From the NCBI GenBank assembly GCA_963702095.1, contig OY969706.1, positions 2,400,001-2,464,000 on the forward strand: 64,000 bases of DNA, given 5' to 3'. A program made the position numbers and the translations under genes. The notes under the pieces are model-generated. The model did not search any database. It was not told where the DNA came from and saw only the letters and a program-made list of their open reading frames with translations. The stretch is from Candidatus Bathyarchaeota archaeon. Its GTDB lineage: Archaea > Thermoproteota > Bathyarchaeia > Bathyarchaeales > Bathycorpusculaceae. Of the stretch, positions 10,604 through 20,733 are shown piece by piece; position 1 is the first letter of the stretch, and the number at the start of each line of letters is the position of its first letter.

Positions 10604-11671
10604 TTACCGAATTTCTGCATCTAAGACAATCTGAGATTCAAACGGCGCCGTCTCGCGGATGCTTCGGGAATAGAGGAAGGATTCGACTTTTCTGCCGTTT
10701 AGCTCAACTGCCTCAGTGAAGCGCTGCTTGAGGTTCTCGATTGTGTCAGGCATGCGGACGAACCCATAGAAATGCACCACTCCACCCACAGGCTTGATTG
10801 CATTGCAGGCTGCATCGACAAAATCAATGGCTGTCTCGGGCAAATTCATAATGACTCGGTCGGCGACGCCACAGAGTTTGTCCTTGGCAATTTCGCGTGC
10901 ATCCGCCAAGATTGGGAAAACCCGGTTGTCAACTCGGTTGACGCTCACATTGATTTTGAGCAATTCCACCGCGTTGGGGTTTAAGTCAACAGCGTAAACC
11001 TTCACCTCAGGGCACCGCTTGCCGATGAGCACCGAAAACGGGCCGACCCCCGCAAACAAATCTGCCACCACTTCCCCCGGTTGCACCAGCAAAGCCACCC
11101 GCTCATGCTCATGGCTGAGGCGAGGCGAAAAATACGCTTTAGCCACATCCACATGGTAACTGCAGCCGAATTCACGGTGGACCGTGCTGGTTTTGTCTTC
11201 ACCCGCGATAAGGGTGTAGTCGCGGATGCGGTAGATGCCGCTTATGCCTCCTGCTTTGGCTAGGACGGTTTTGATATTTGGGTGGGTTTGGAGGATGGCT
11301 TCTCCGATTTGGTTTTGGTGGGGTTTGAGTGGGGGTGGGATGTCGATTATGACTATGTCGCCTACTGTGTCGAAGGCTTGGGGCAGAACCGCAAATAACT
11401 CAGGCGGCAACTTACCGTGTAGCGCTTGCTGGAGGGTTTCTTGCGGCTGCTTCTTCTCCTCAAAATCGCCCTTTTCAACTTGGAGGTTGAGTTCCTGCTG
11501 CAACTTTTCCAGCTCCATCTGTTCTGGTTGCCTCAGCAACGGGATAAACAGATAATCGGTTTCTCTGCCAATGCCCAATCCCTTATCGAGTAAGCCGATT
11601 TTGGCTGCTAAGGCAATCGCTTTTTCCCCCTCTTTCTTGGGGACTTTGAGGCAAACCGCGGTTCTGGCCAT
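10604..11671 (-). CDS. trm5: Trm5/Met-10+ family tRNA methyltransferase
   Basis: AYFSPRLSHEHER, DLFAGVGPF, RVIMNLP. Confidence 0.88.
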   Translation of the reverse strand: MARTAVCLKVPKKEGEKAIALAAKIGLLDKGLGIGRETDYLFIPLLRQPEQMELEKLQQELNLQVEKGDFEEKKQPQETLQQALHGKLPPELFAVLPQAFDTVGDIVIIDIPPPLKPHQNQIGEAILQTHPNIKTVLAKAGGISGIYRIRDYTLIAGEDKTSTVHREFGCSYHVDVAKAYFSPRLSHEHERVALLVQPGEVVADLFAGVGPFSVLIGKRCPEVKVYAVDLNPNAVELLKINVSVNRVDNRVFPILADAREIAKDKLCGVADRVIMNLPETAIDFVDAACNAIKPVGGVVHFYGFVRMPDTIENLKQRFTEAVELNGRKVESFLYSRSIRETAPFESQIVLDAEIR

Positions 11672-11678
11672 GGCAACT

Positions 11679-12713
11679 TCAGCTTTTCTCTATTCGGTAG
11701 AGGCTGTTTACTTTGGTGACGGTGAATTTAACGTTTAACATTTTTTCCATAAGCCAAATGTTGGATTCGATGTGCTCGCTTACGGTTCTGGTGAGCAAGG
11801 AGGATTTGCCTTCTATCAGCGCCATGTAGGGGACGAGCATATCCGCCAAGAACACATCCGCCGTGGGCTGTACAGCCAACTCTGCGATGAGTGTTTGGGC
11901 GGCTTCTTTGCCCACATCCTCTGCCATCTTTCTGAGTTGCCCAATGGAGTCGGCGCCCAAAATTACACCGCTGTCGGTTTGTGCCCAAAGCGCTATGGAG
12001 CTGCCCTTCTGGATTGGGTTGGACTGGTCGTTTACGATTTCGATGTTGGCTCTGTAGCCGCTTTGGCTGAGTTGGGTTTGAGCGGCTTTGGTTTGACGCT
12101 CTGCCACCTGCCTATCTGCAAGGAAGGTACAGACAGAAACGCCCTTGATGCTTTGGAGTTTGCCGAAGCTTTCAAGCTTGACGGGTTTGAGGTTAGGGTT
12201 AGGTTTAACCGTCAGGGTTGCTTCGCCCATGCCTTTAGGGTAATACCCATACCTCTGAACTGAAATTTCCGCTTCCACACCCATTTGCCTAAGCGCAGGC
12301 AGCAGCACGTTTCGGAGGTAGTTGACGGTTGGGGCGTGGGTGGTGTCTGTTCCGCCCTTTGCCGCATGTAGGTGGACGGGTGTTTGGCCGAAAACGCAGA
12401 TTGGCAGTGTGGAGAGGAACAGCACGGGGATGCTTCCAGCGGTTTCGATGGTGGCTTCTATGTTGCCGCCGCAGATTTCCTTGGGTGTAAACCAGAGTTC
12501 CCTTGAACCCAACGCTGCGCCTTTGACTTCGGCGTTGCAGAGTTTAGCCGCCGTCAACACCGATTCCAAATGCTGGTGTTTCAAGCCTGGCTGGGGGCGG
12601 TTCTCTCGGATGTTGGTGATGTGCAGCGGTTGCCCTTTGATGGCGGCGACGGCTATTGAGAGGCGAAGTATGGTGCCGCTTCCGCTTTTCTGGCTTCCAT
12701 CGATTTCTATCAT
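11679..12713 (-). CDS. rtcA: RNA 3'-terminal phosphate cyclase
   Basis: IDGSQKSGSGTILR, RPQPGL, KGGTD, GYYPKG. Confidence 0.93.
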   Translation of the reverse strand: MIEIDGSQKSGSGTILRLSIAVAAIKGQPLHITNIRENRPQPGLKHQHLESVLTAAKLCNAEVKGAALGSRELWFTPKEICGGNIEATIETAGSIPVLFLSTLPICVFGQTPVHLHAAKGGTDTTHAPTVNYLRNVLLPALRQMGVEAEISVQRYGYYPKGMGEATLTVKPNPNLKPVKLESFGKLQSIKGVSVCTFLADRQVAERQTKAAQTQLSQSGYRANIEIVNDQSNPIQKGSSIALWAQTDSGVILGADSIGQLRKMAEDVGKEAAQTLIAELAVQPTADVFLADMLVPYMALIEGKSSLLTRTVSEHIESNIWLMEKMLNVKFTVTKVNSLYRIEKS

Positions 12714-12778
12714 ACGCTTTGGCTTATGTGAAATCCAATTTAAAAATAGGTTCTATAACCGCTCGTTTATGAAAGAGC

Positions 12779-13417
12779 TTATCGTAGCGGCGAGAGCGCC
12801 TTTTGACGTCTCCTATAGAGTAACAAGCTAACGATTATGGCAACGATGAGTATTACTGCGGCTGAAATCGCGACTACTAACAAGGTTGGAAAGGTCTCCT
12901 CAGCGGGGGAAGCTTGAACGGTGAAATTTAGCGTACTAGAGCTATTGGCAGAAGATGTGTAGTAGGTGTTGCCTCCCCATATGATTCCGCCGCCAACTAC
13001 AGTGACTTCTAACTGCTGAGAACCAGACGGTATGTCTGTGAAGTTGTAAGAAAACATTCCCTGACCGGTCGGAACATCCGTCAAGATGGCAGGAGTATCG
13101 ATTGTCGAATTGTAAAGGGTGATTGATTGGTTGCCAAGCCAACTTGCTTTGTAAGAAACTGAGGTTAGGGCAGTCATTAGTGTTTGCAGACCCGGGGGAT
13201 AACCTATTGCCGCTGAAAACCAAACTGTCATATTTGGGTTATTGGGCACTGCAGAGTTGTTTGCGGTGGAGTAGACAATTGTGGGGGAATCATTTAGATC
13301 GTGGTAGGGATAATTTCCGCCATATGAAAAAGAAAATCCCTGAGCGGCAGCAAACAGCGGCATTACTAAACAAACGATGCTCAGAGTTACGATGGCTGCT
13401 ACAAATTTCTTGTTCAC
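12779..13417 (-). CDS. Secreted protein with C-terminal membrane anchor
   Basis: Signal peptide, S/T/N-rich beta domain, ETFPT + TM + RRRQK. Confidence 0.8.
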   Translation of the reverse strand: MNKKFVAAIVTLSIVCLVMPLFAAAQGFSFSYGGNYPYHDLNDSPTIVYSTANNSAVPNNPNMTVWFSAAIGYPPGLQTLMTALTSVSYKASWLGNQSITLYNSTIDTPAILTDVPTGQGMFSYNFTDIPSGSQQLEVTVVGGGIIWGGNTYYTSSANSSSTLNFTVQASPAEETFPTLLVVAISAAVILIVAIIVSLLLYRRRQKALSPLR

Positions 13418-13600
13418 GTTTGTCGCTCCTTCTCCTGACCCATGGATATTATAAAAAGGTATAGCCGTATGCCGTTTTGAAGGAATTGATCAGGCAACAG
13501 CAACATGGTTGATTAAAGCACATACAAACGGAAAACGGGAGATTACGCGGGTTAGCTTAGGGGTAAACCCTATTATGGTCCCTTGTTATCTGGTGTTGTT

Positions 13601-14053
13601 ATGCGCATCGTCAGTGCCTGTCTACTGGGTGTTAGGTGCAATTTTGAAGGCAAATGCTGGCTCAACCCCCAACTGCTCAAAGAATTTAAGGCAGGCAAGT
13701 TGTTTCCGGTCTGCGCTGAAGTGATGGGCGGCTTGCTGGTTCCGCGGGTGCCTTCGGAAATCGTTGGCGGCGACGGCTACGGTGTTTTGGATAGCAAAGC
13801 CAAAGTGATGAACATTGAGGGCGTAGACGTTACAGCCCAGTTTCTCAAAGGCGCCCAAGATGTCCTAAACATAGCGAAAGCTGTCGGCGCAGAGGAAGCG
13901 TTGCTCATCGAGAAAAGCCCTTCGTGTGGCTGCGGCAGAATCTTCGACGGCACCTTCACCGAACGGTTCAAAGAGGGCGACGGCGTGACGGCGGCGCTGC
14001 TTAAGCGAAACGGCATAAAAGTCACCTGCATACCCGCCCACAAACAAAGCTAG
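13601..14053 (+). CDS. DUF523 family (2-thiouracil desulfurase-like Fe-S protein)
   Basis: VSACLLG, VCAEVMGGL, KSPSCG, GDGVTAALL. Confidence 0.9.
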   Translation: MRIVSACLLGVRCNFEGKCWLNPQLLKEFKAGKLFPVCAEVMGGLLVPRVPSEIVGGDGYGVLDSKAKVMNIEGVDVTAQFLKGAQDVLNIAKAVGAEEALLIEKSPSCGCGRIFDGTFTERFKEGDGVTAALLKRNGIKVTCIPAHKQS

Positions 14054-14099
14054 CCTGCTGAGACCTCCCTCTCCCATCATCAACTTGGCAGTTTCCTGT

Positions 14100-14222
14100 T
14101 CTGCTTGAAGATTACGCCACAACCAACAAGCAACTCACAGCAATTGCAGAAACAAAAAAACAGCCGCCTGCCAAACTCACAGGAAGAAGAGTAAAGGGGA
14201 CTCTGCCTTCTTCTTAAACTAG
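14100..14222 (-). repeat. Dispersed element, GAA subtype (123 bp, one triplet shorter)
   Basis: rc: CTAGTTTAAGAAGAAG..TTACTCTTCTTCC..GGCGGCTG..GTTGTGGCGTAATCTTCAAGCAGA. Confidence 0.8.
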
Positions 14223-14236
14223 AAAAACAAAACTGA

Positions 14237-14647
14237 CTACCAGTTGCGCAGTACGACCATGGTGTTGGTTTTCATTATGCCTTCGACGCGGCGGATTTTT
14301 TCTATGCATTCGTTTACTTCGGTAACATTCATGCCGGTGATGACCGCGACTATGTCGTATTCGCCTGTGACTTCGTAGATGGTTTCCACGTTGGGTATGG
14401 CTTGGATTTTCTTGGAAACTTCTAAGGTGGGTTGGGAGGGGTTGGTGGCGAGGAGGGTGATTGCTTGGGCACCTTCGGCGACGCCGACTTTTACGGTGAA
14501 TTTGCGGATGACGCCTTCGTCGGTTAGGGTTTTGATGCGTTTGCGGACTGCGCCTTCGGAGAGTCCGATTTTGCTGCCGATGTCAGCGTAGCCGGCTCGG
14601 GAGTCGTCTTTGAGGTTTTTTATGATTTGTTTATCTTTTTCGTCCAT
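14237..14647 (-). CDS. lysM: Lrp/AsnC regulator LysM
   Basis: GLSEGAVRKRI HTH, YEVTGEYD; divergent from lysW. Confidence 0.88.
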   Translation of the reverse strand: MDEKDKQIIKNLKDDSRAGYADIGSKIGLSEGAVRKRIKTLTDEGVIRKFTVKVGVAEGAQAITLLATNPSQPTLEVSKKIQAIPNVETIYEVTGEYDIVAVITGMNVTEVNECIEKIRRVEGIMKTNTMVVLRNW

Positions 14648-14892
14648 ACGTTTGCCCCGTCTTATGTTGCGGTAAAATAATTTAACGTTTTCCATACTTG
14701 AGTTTGGGAGTTGTTGCGGTTTTCGTTGTGGTGGAGTGGGCAGGATGTTGTTTTCGGTTGGGTTTTGACTGTAAAATGCGTATCAAATAGGACATTAGAA
14801 CCCCATAAAGTAACAGATAAGTCACAATGTTTAAAAACTTCTGGAAATATTCAAAATGCATTTCCTATTAAAAAAATAAGTGACGAACAAAA

Positions 14893-15102
14893 ATGATTAA
14901 ACAAGCAAATCAACCTGAAGTAAAAGCCTTCACGGCAAAATGTCCAGACTGCGACGCACAACTCGACGTACCAGCAGACACTGAAAAAGGCGAAATCCTA
15001 AGTTGCCCCAGCTGTGGACTTGAACTCGAAGTCAAACAGGTCAAAGGCGGTTGCGTAGACCTTCAAGAACTCACCATTGAAGGCGAAGACTGGGGCGAAT
15101 AA
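14893..15102 (+). CDS. lysW: Amino-group carrier protein LysW
   Basis: CPDC/CPSC zinc finger, C-terminal EDWGE. Confidence 0.97.
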   Translation: MIKQANQPEVKAFTAKCPDCDAQLDVPADTEKGEILSCPSCGLELEVKQVKGGCVDLQELTIEGEDWGE

Positions 15103-15175
15103 GCAGTATCCACCAAACTCTTCTTTTAAACCACCCTTTTAAGGATAAACCTTTTTTCACGGACGGCACCAAGCG

Positions 15176-16357
15176 ATGAGTATTGCACTTCTCTACGAAC
15201 GCTCGGAAAACGACGAAAACGGCATAAAACTCACCGCAGAGCAACTTGGCATCGACCTCACCTTTATTCCCTTCCGAAAAATCGCGCTCTCCATCAGCAA
15301 AGACGGGTTCCACGCTAAAACCAAAGGCAAAGACTACACCCAGACCTTCCAAGACACCAAAGTCGTGCTTAACCGGGCGCAGAGCAAGAACCGCCGTCTC
15401 CAAGCCTCCTACATCATGGAGATGCTGGGCAAAAAAACGCTTAACTCATCGCAAATCGAGTTTTTATGTTACAGTAAACTCCGCACACTCCTCAACCTGT
15501 ACAAAGAGGGGTTGCCGATTCCCAAAACCGTTTTTGTACCCTGCGACGCCACGGACGTCATGAAAAACGGCAGAGAAATCCACAACCAAAAAGACATCGC
15601 TGACCTCTTTGAGGCAGAGTTTCCACTCAGCGAGGGCATTGTGATTAAGGCGGATGCGGGGACACATGGCAAAATGATTATGCTCTCCAAGAACCGTGAG
15701 GAGTTGGAAGCTAACATCAAAGAAACCAAGCCGGGCATCATCAACCCCATCGGCGTAGTGGCACAGGAATTGGTGCAGAAATGGTTCTACGACCTGCGCA
15801 TAATCGTCTTTAAGGAAAAAGGCAAACAGCCCACATGTTACCACACCGCGATGGCTCGGGCAGGCTTCAAAGATTTCCGCACCAACACTTTCCTAGGCAA
15901 CCTCGTATTCCACTCAAAATTACCCACACCCATCCAAGAATTGGCGGTAAAATGCGGCGAAACCCTGGGCAAAGGCAGTGACGCCTACATATTCGCCTTA
16001 GACGCCATGGTCAATGTAGGCGACCATAAAAACGTTGACGAAGCCTATCTCAAACAGCAGCTGGATATGGCGGCGCAGGCTTGGCTCAACGTGCAGAAGG
16101 TTAAGCAGGACGAAACCCGCCTCACTGACTTCAAAGCGTGGAACAGCAAACTGGAAGCTGCCTTCAAATCTTATAAGGCGACGGCTGCATACGAGAACAT
16201 TAACCGCATAATAGAGGAGAGCGTGGCGCAGAATCAGAAGGCACTGGTGTTTCATGAATCCAACAGTTGCCCTGAATTCTGGGAAAACACGCGACTCGCA
16301 ACAGGCTTAAACGTGGCAGAGCCCCTGCTTAAAATGGCGGCAAGTTTAACACAGTAA
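15176..16357 (+). CDS. LysX/ArgX-like ATP-grasp ligase, enlarged and divergent
   Basis: SKLRT, IPKT, QELV..DLRI, FRTNT, ESNSCPEF; follows lysW. Confidence 0.8.
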   Translation: MSIALLYERSENDENGIKLTAEQLGIDLTFIPFRKIALSISKDGFHAKTKGKDYTQTFQDTKVVLNRAQSKNRRLQASYIMEMLGKKTLNSSQIEFLCYSKLRTLLNLYKEGLPIPKTVFVPCDATDVMKNGREIHNQKDIADLFEAEFPLSEGIVIKADAGTHGKMIMLSKNREELEANIKETKPGIINPIGVVAQELVQKWFYDLRIIVFKEKGKQPTCYHTAMARAGFKDFRTNTFLGNLVFHSKLPTPIQELAVKCGETLGKGSDAYIFALDAMVNVGDHKNVDEAYLKQQLDMAAQAWLNVQKVKQDETRLTDFKAWNSKLEAAFKSYKATAAYENINRIIEESVAQNQKALVFHESNSCPEFWENTRLATGLNVAEPLLKMAASLTQ

Positions 16358-16387
16358 CACTAACATAACAGAGGAGAGAAAACAGAA

Positions 16388-17437
16388 ATGCGAATTGGAA
16401 TAATCGGTGGTTCAGGATACGTTGGCAGCGAACTCTTGCGGCTGCTCCTTATGCACCCACAGGTCGAGGTAACAATGGTTACTTCACGACAGCAAGCAGG
16501 AGAATTCGTCTTCAACGCCCACCCAAACCTAAGAGGCATAACACAACTCAAATTTGTCCCCCAAGACATGACTGAACTCCAGAAAAACTGTGACCTCGTA
16601 TTCACAGCCACCCCACACGGCGGCTCACAGAACCTCGTGCCCAAACTGTTGGAGGCTGGACTCAAAGTCATTGATATGAGCGCCGATTTCCGCTTAAAAA
16701 ACCCAGTTGACTATGAGACCTACTACGGCTGGAAACACGTCCACCCCGAAATGCTAAAAGACGCTGCCTACGGCTTGCCCGAGTTGCATCGGGAAGAAAT
16801 CAAGAAGGCAAAGCTGGTCGCGTGTCCAGGATGTGAAGCAACAGCGGCGATTTTGGGCTTAGCACCCATCGTGAAAGCTGGGTTGATTGACAAAGACCAT
16901 GTCGTCGTTGACCTTAAAGTGGGTTCGTCAGGCAGCGGCAGCAAACCCACCCCCGCCAGCCACCACCCTGAACGCTCCAGCGGTGTACGCCCCTACAAAG
17001 TCGTTGGGCACCGCCACATCGCCGAAGTCGAACAGGAACTTGCTCCCCTTGGCCAACCAGTCAAAATCAGCTTCACCCCACACGCCGTAAACATAATCCG
17101 CGGCATACTCGCCACCATACACACTTTCCCCCAAAAAAAAATCGAAAACAAAGACCTCTGGAAAGCATTCCGCGGCATGTACGGCAACGAACCATTTATA
17201 CGCATAGTCAAGTACCTCAAGGGACCCTACCAGCTGCCAGACCCCAAAACTACCATGGGCACCAACTATTGTGATGTCGGCTTCGAAATCGACGAACACG
17301 CCAACCGCCTCATCCTATTCTCCGCCCTAGACAACATGGTGAAGGGCGCAGCGGGACAGGGCGTCCAATGCCTCAACTTAGTCATGGGTATCGATGAGAC
17401 CACAGGCCTCAAGAGCACCGGGTTCCACCCCATATAG
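16388..17437 (+). CDS. lysY: [LysW]-aminoadipyl/glutamyl-phosphate reductase (LysY/ArgC)
   Basis: GGSGYVG, IDMSADFRL, ACPGC, DNMVKGAAGQ. Confidence 0.93.
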   Translation: MRIGIIGGSGYVGSELLRLLLMHPQVEVTMVTSRQQAGEFVFNAHPNLRGITQLKFVPQDMTELQKNCDLVFTATPHGGSQNLVPKLLEAGLKVIDMSADFRLKNPVDYETYYGWKHVHPEMLKDAAYGLPELHREEIKKAKLVACPGCEATAAILGLAPIVKAGLIDKDHVVVDLKVGSSGSGSKPTPASHHPERSSGVRPYKVVGHRHIAEVEQELAPLGQPVKISFTPHAVNIIRGILATIHTFPQKKIENKDLWKAFRGMYGNEPFIRIVKYLKGPYQLPDPKTTMGTNYCDVGFEIDEHANRLILFSALDNMVKGAAGQGVQCLNLVMGIDETTGLKSTGFHPI

Positions 17438-18256
17438 GTGACTGATATGTTGCTCGTAATCAAAATGGGCGGATCCATCCTCAAAGAAGGCGCATCCAAC
17501 GAACTCGTAGAGGACCTCAAAGAAGTCTCCAAACAACACAAAATTGTCCTTGTCCACGGAGGCGGAGCCGAAGTCACCGAAATCGCTTCTAAATTAGGCA
17601 AAGAGCAGAAATTCATCATATCACCCGAAGGGTTCCGCAGCCGCTACACAGACAAAGAAACCATCGAAATCTACACTATGGTTATGGCGGGCAAAATGAA
17701 CAAGCAAATTGTCCTCGCCCTAGAAGCCCAGGGCATACCTGCCGTTGGACTCAGCGGATTAGACGCGGCGATTCTTAGGGCCGAGCGCAAACTAAAGCTC
17801 ATCGCGGTGGACGAGCGAGGACGAAAAAAAGTCATCGACGGCGGCTACACTGGCAAAATCACCCAAGTCAACGCCGAATTACTCAACCTGCTCCTCGAAA
17901 AAGGCTACTTGCCCATCGTTACTCCGATTGCGCTGAGCCAAGACAACGAACCGCTAAACGTGGACGGTGACCGCACCGCAGCCATCATTGCAGGTGCATT
18001 AAAAGCCGACACACTCATCATGCTCACCGACGTAGAGGGCTTAATACTTAAAGGCGAACGGGTCCCCAAAATCGCTGCTACAGAAGTCAAAGAAATCGTA
18101 TCCAAGATCGGCGGCGGCATGAGCACCAAAATTCACGCGGGCTTAGAAGCGCTCAATCAGGGCGTCGGAGAAGTCCTCGTTACATCCGGAACCGTCAAGC
18201 AACCGATAACTTCAGTGTTAAATCATCAAGTTGGGACTGTGATAACTAGTGAATGA
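17438..18256 (+). CDS. lysZ: [LysW]-aminoadipate/glutamate kinase
   Basis: VIKMGGS, VHGGG, SPEGFRSRYTD, NVDGDR. Confidence 0.93.
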   Translation: MTDMLLVIKMGGSILKEGASNELVEDLKEVSKQHKIVLVHGGGAEVTEIASKLGKEQKFIISPEGFRSRYTDKETIEIYTMVMAGKMNKQIVLALEAQGIPAVGLSGLDAAILRAERKLKLIAVDERGRKKVIDGGYTGKITQVNAELLNLLLEKGYLPIVTPIALSQDNEPLNVDGDRTAAIIAGALKADTLIMLTDVEGLILKGERVPKIAATEVKEIVSKIGGGMSTKIHAGLEALNQGVGEVLVTSGTVKQPITSVLNHQVGTVITSE

Positions 18257-19466
18257 TAAAGAAATAATGGAAGCCGAAGATCATTATTTAGCAAACGTAT
18301 TTTCCAAAAAACCAGTCGTCATCACTAACGGCAAAGGCGCTCTGGTATGGGACATCAACGGCAAAGAATACGTGGATTGCTCAAGCAGTTACGGTGTCGC
18401 AGCGTTGGGGCACTGTCACCCAAAAATTGTGGAAGCCGTCAAAGCCCAAGCTGAACAGCTTATCACCTGCCATGGCTGCTACTATAACGACAAACGCGCA
18501 GAATTCATCGATAAACTCCTTAAAATCACCCCCAAAAGCCTCAACAAAGCCTTCCTAAGCAACAGCGGAGCCGAAAGCGTCGAATGCGCACTTAAACTGG
18601 CGCGTAAAGCCACGGGCAAAACAGAAATCATCGCGTTAATGGGTGCTTACCATGGCAAAACCATGGGTGCCTTGTCGGTGACATGGGATAAAAAATACCG
18701 TGAACCCTTCATGCCGCTTATCCCCGACATCAAACATGTCTCACCTGAGGGCTCAGCGAAAGTCCGCGAAGCCATCACCGAGAAAACCGCCGCAATCATT
18801 ATGGAACCCATCCGTGGCGAAGGCGGCATCCGCGTTCCACCAGACGGTTACTTACAAGAAGTCCGCGAAATCTGCAACCGACGCGGCGTCCTTTTAATCT
18901 TTGATGAAGTACAAACCAGTTTTGGACGCACCGGCAAGGTGTTTGGCTGCGAAAACTGGGGCGTCACACCAGACATAATGTGCCTTGCTAAACCCTTTGC
19001 AGGCGGCTTGCCCATCGGCATAACCGTCGCACGAGAAGATCTCATGTCCACCCTAAAAGTCGGCGAACACTCCACCACTTTTAGCGGAAGCCCCTTAGTC
19101 TGTGCTGCAGGATGCGCCGCCATCGACGCATTGATTGATGAGAAACTGGCTGATAAAGCCGCCTCAAACGGCAAATACTTCAAAACCCAACTTGAAGGAT
19201 TAGCGGCAAAACATAGAATCGTCAAAGAAGTCCGTGGCTTAGGTTTGATGTTGGGTATGGAGTTGCGTTTTGACGTTTACGGCGTCATCAAGAAGACACT
19301 TGACAGGGGTGTGCTTATTATCGACGCAGGCAGAACCGTCGTGCGTATTCTGCCGCCGCTTGTTATTACTAGACCGCAGATTGACCGAGCCATAACCGCC
19401 TTAGATGAAGCATTGGAGGAAGAAGAAACTGAGCGAGCAAACAGCAGCGGTACGGTTCCTAACTAA
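18249..19466 (+). CDS. lysJ: [LysW]-semialdehyde aminotransferase (LysJ/ArgD)
   Basis: NSGAES, FDEVQT, class III PLP enzyme. Confidence 0.92.
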   Translation: MNDKEIMEAEDHYLANVFSKKPVVITNGKGALVWDINGKEYVDCSSSYGVAALGHCHPKIVEAVKAQAEQLITCHGCYYNDKRAEFIDKLLKITPKSLNKAFLSNSGAESVECALKLARKATGKTEIIALMGAYHGKTMGALSVTWDKKYREPFMPLIPDIKHVSPEGSAKVREAITEKTAAIIMEPIRGEGGIRVPPDGYLQEVREICNRRGVLLIFDEVQTSFGRTGKVFGCENWGVTPDIMCLAKPFAGGLPIGITVAREDLMSTLKVGEHSTTFSGSPLVCAAGCAAIDALIDEKLADKAASNGKYFKTQLEGLAAKHRIVKEVRGLGLMLGMELRFDVYGVIKKTLDRGVLIIDAGRTVVRILPPLVITRPQIDRAITALDEALEEEETERANSSGTVPN

Positions 19467-20565
19467 CCTGTTGGGTATCTATAGCCCATCGGGTCAAGAA
19501 CAGAGTATAGCCAACTTTTTAGCGCAGCGAATGGAAAAAATGGGTTTCGAAGTAGGCGTAGATGCAATAAGCAATGTCATCGGAGTCGTCGGCGAAGGCG
19601 AACCCGTAATCTTGCTCTGCGGACACATGGATACCGTTTCGGGTCATTTGCCACTGCGGATTGAGGAGGGCAAAATCTATGCTCGAGGCGCAGTAGACGC
19701 CAAAGGTCCCCTAGCAGCAATGGTCATGGCGGCGTTAGCGGCAAGCAAAGACCCCCATTTTCAAGGAAAAATCCTCGTCGCCTCCGTTGTTGAGGAAGAA
19801 GCCACCAGCAAAGGAGTACGTCACCTTATAACTCAGGGTATCAAAGCTGACTACGCCATCTTCGGGGAGCCAAGCGGCGTCGAAAACGTTACTATCGGCT
19901 ACAAAGGCCAAATCCAACTTAAAATCACCATTACAACCGAAACAGGGCATGCATCCACACCTTGGATGTACGATAACGCGTTGGAGAAGGCGTATGAGTT
20001 GTGGGAGCAAATTCGGATGCACTCGTCTTACCCGTCTTTGGATCCCTCAGTTAGTCCCTATAAAGCCGTCACCGCATGTCTTGTACGTCTCATCGGCGGG
20101 GAAGCCACCTCGGTTATTCCTTTCGAAGCGGAATTGAACCTTGACATCCGCGTTCCCATACAGTTCTCAACAGCCAAAGTCAATGAGCAACTAGACAAAA
20201 TCATCGCCAAATACCAAGAGGCTAACCCGAAAATCGGGGTCAAACACCAAGTCATGGACACGGTGGAACCATTTGAAGTTGACAAGTCCTCTCCGCTGGT
20301 GCATGTGATGTCTTCTTCAGTGCGCAAAGTCCTAGGTAAACCCGCTACACTGCTGCATAAAACTGGCACAGGAGACATGAACATCCTAGGCAAATCCATG
20401 AACCTGCCCATAGTAACCTACGGACCCGGCGACAGCCACCTTGACCACACAATCGACGAACACATAGAAATTAGCGAGTACCTCCAAGCCATCGAAGTTT
20501 ATAAAGAAACCTTACTGCGTCTATCTGAGTTGTATAACATCAAGAATGAAAAACAGGCAACCTGA
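19405..20565 (+). CDS. lysK: [LysW]-lysine/ornithine hydrolase (M20); start may be CTG 19429
   Basis: GHMDTV, RGAVDAKG, YGPGDSHLDHT. Confidence 0.92.
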   Translation: MKHWRKKKLSEQTAAVRFLTNLLGIYSPSGQEQSIANFLAQRMEKMGFEVGVDAISNVIGVVGEGEPVILLCGHMDTVSGHLPLRIEEGKIYARGAVDAKGPLAAMVMAALAASKDPHFQGKILVASVVEEEATSKGVRHLITQGIKADYAIFGEPSGVENVTIGYKGQIQLKITITTETGHASTPWMYDNALEKAYELWEQIRMHSSYPSLDPSVSPYKAVTACLVRLIGGEATSVIPFEAELNLDIRVPIQFSTAKVNEQLDKIIAKYQEANPKIGVKHQVMDTVEPFEVDKSSPLVHVMSSSVRKVLGKPATLLHKTGTGDMNILGKSMNLPIVTYGPGDSHLDHTIDEHIEISEYLQAIEVYKETLLRLSELYNIKNEKQAT

Positions 20566-20733
20566 CCTTTTCCCTGTCTTTCCTAATATTTCTCAAAGAT
20601 CAACCGTAGCTGTGCAATCAGGCTAGAATTTTGAGCTAATTTAGAGGAAAAGCTTTTCTGATTAAACCACGATTCAAAATGTCACAAGCAGTACCTCTGC
20701 ATGCAAATACTAAACTGAAATGGGGTAAAAAAG

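Noticed and set aside
14710-14770. GT-rich stretches here and at 27700..27770 as further repeat copies
   Set aside because: Only short compositional matches, without the fixed-offset motifs
14764-14784. Possible LysM operator (GTAAAATGCGTATC; similar to ATATGATTCGTAT upstream of ilvE)
   Set aside because: Weak symmetry; cannot be distinguished from chance by eye
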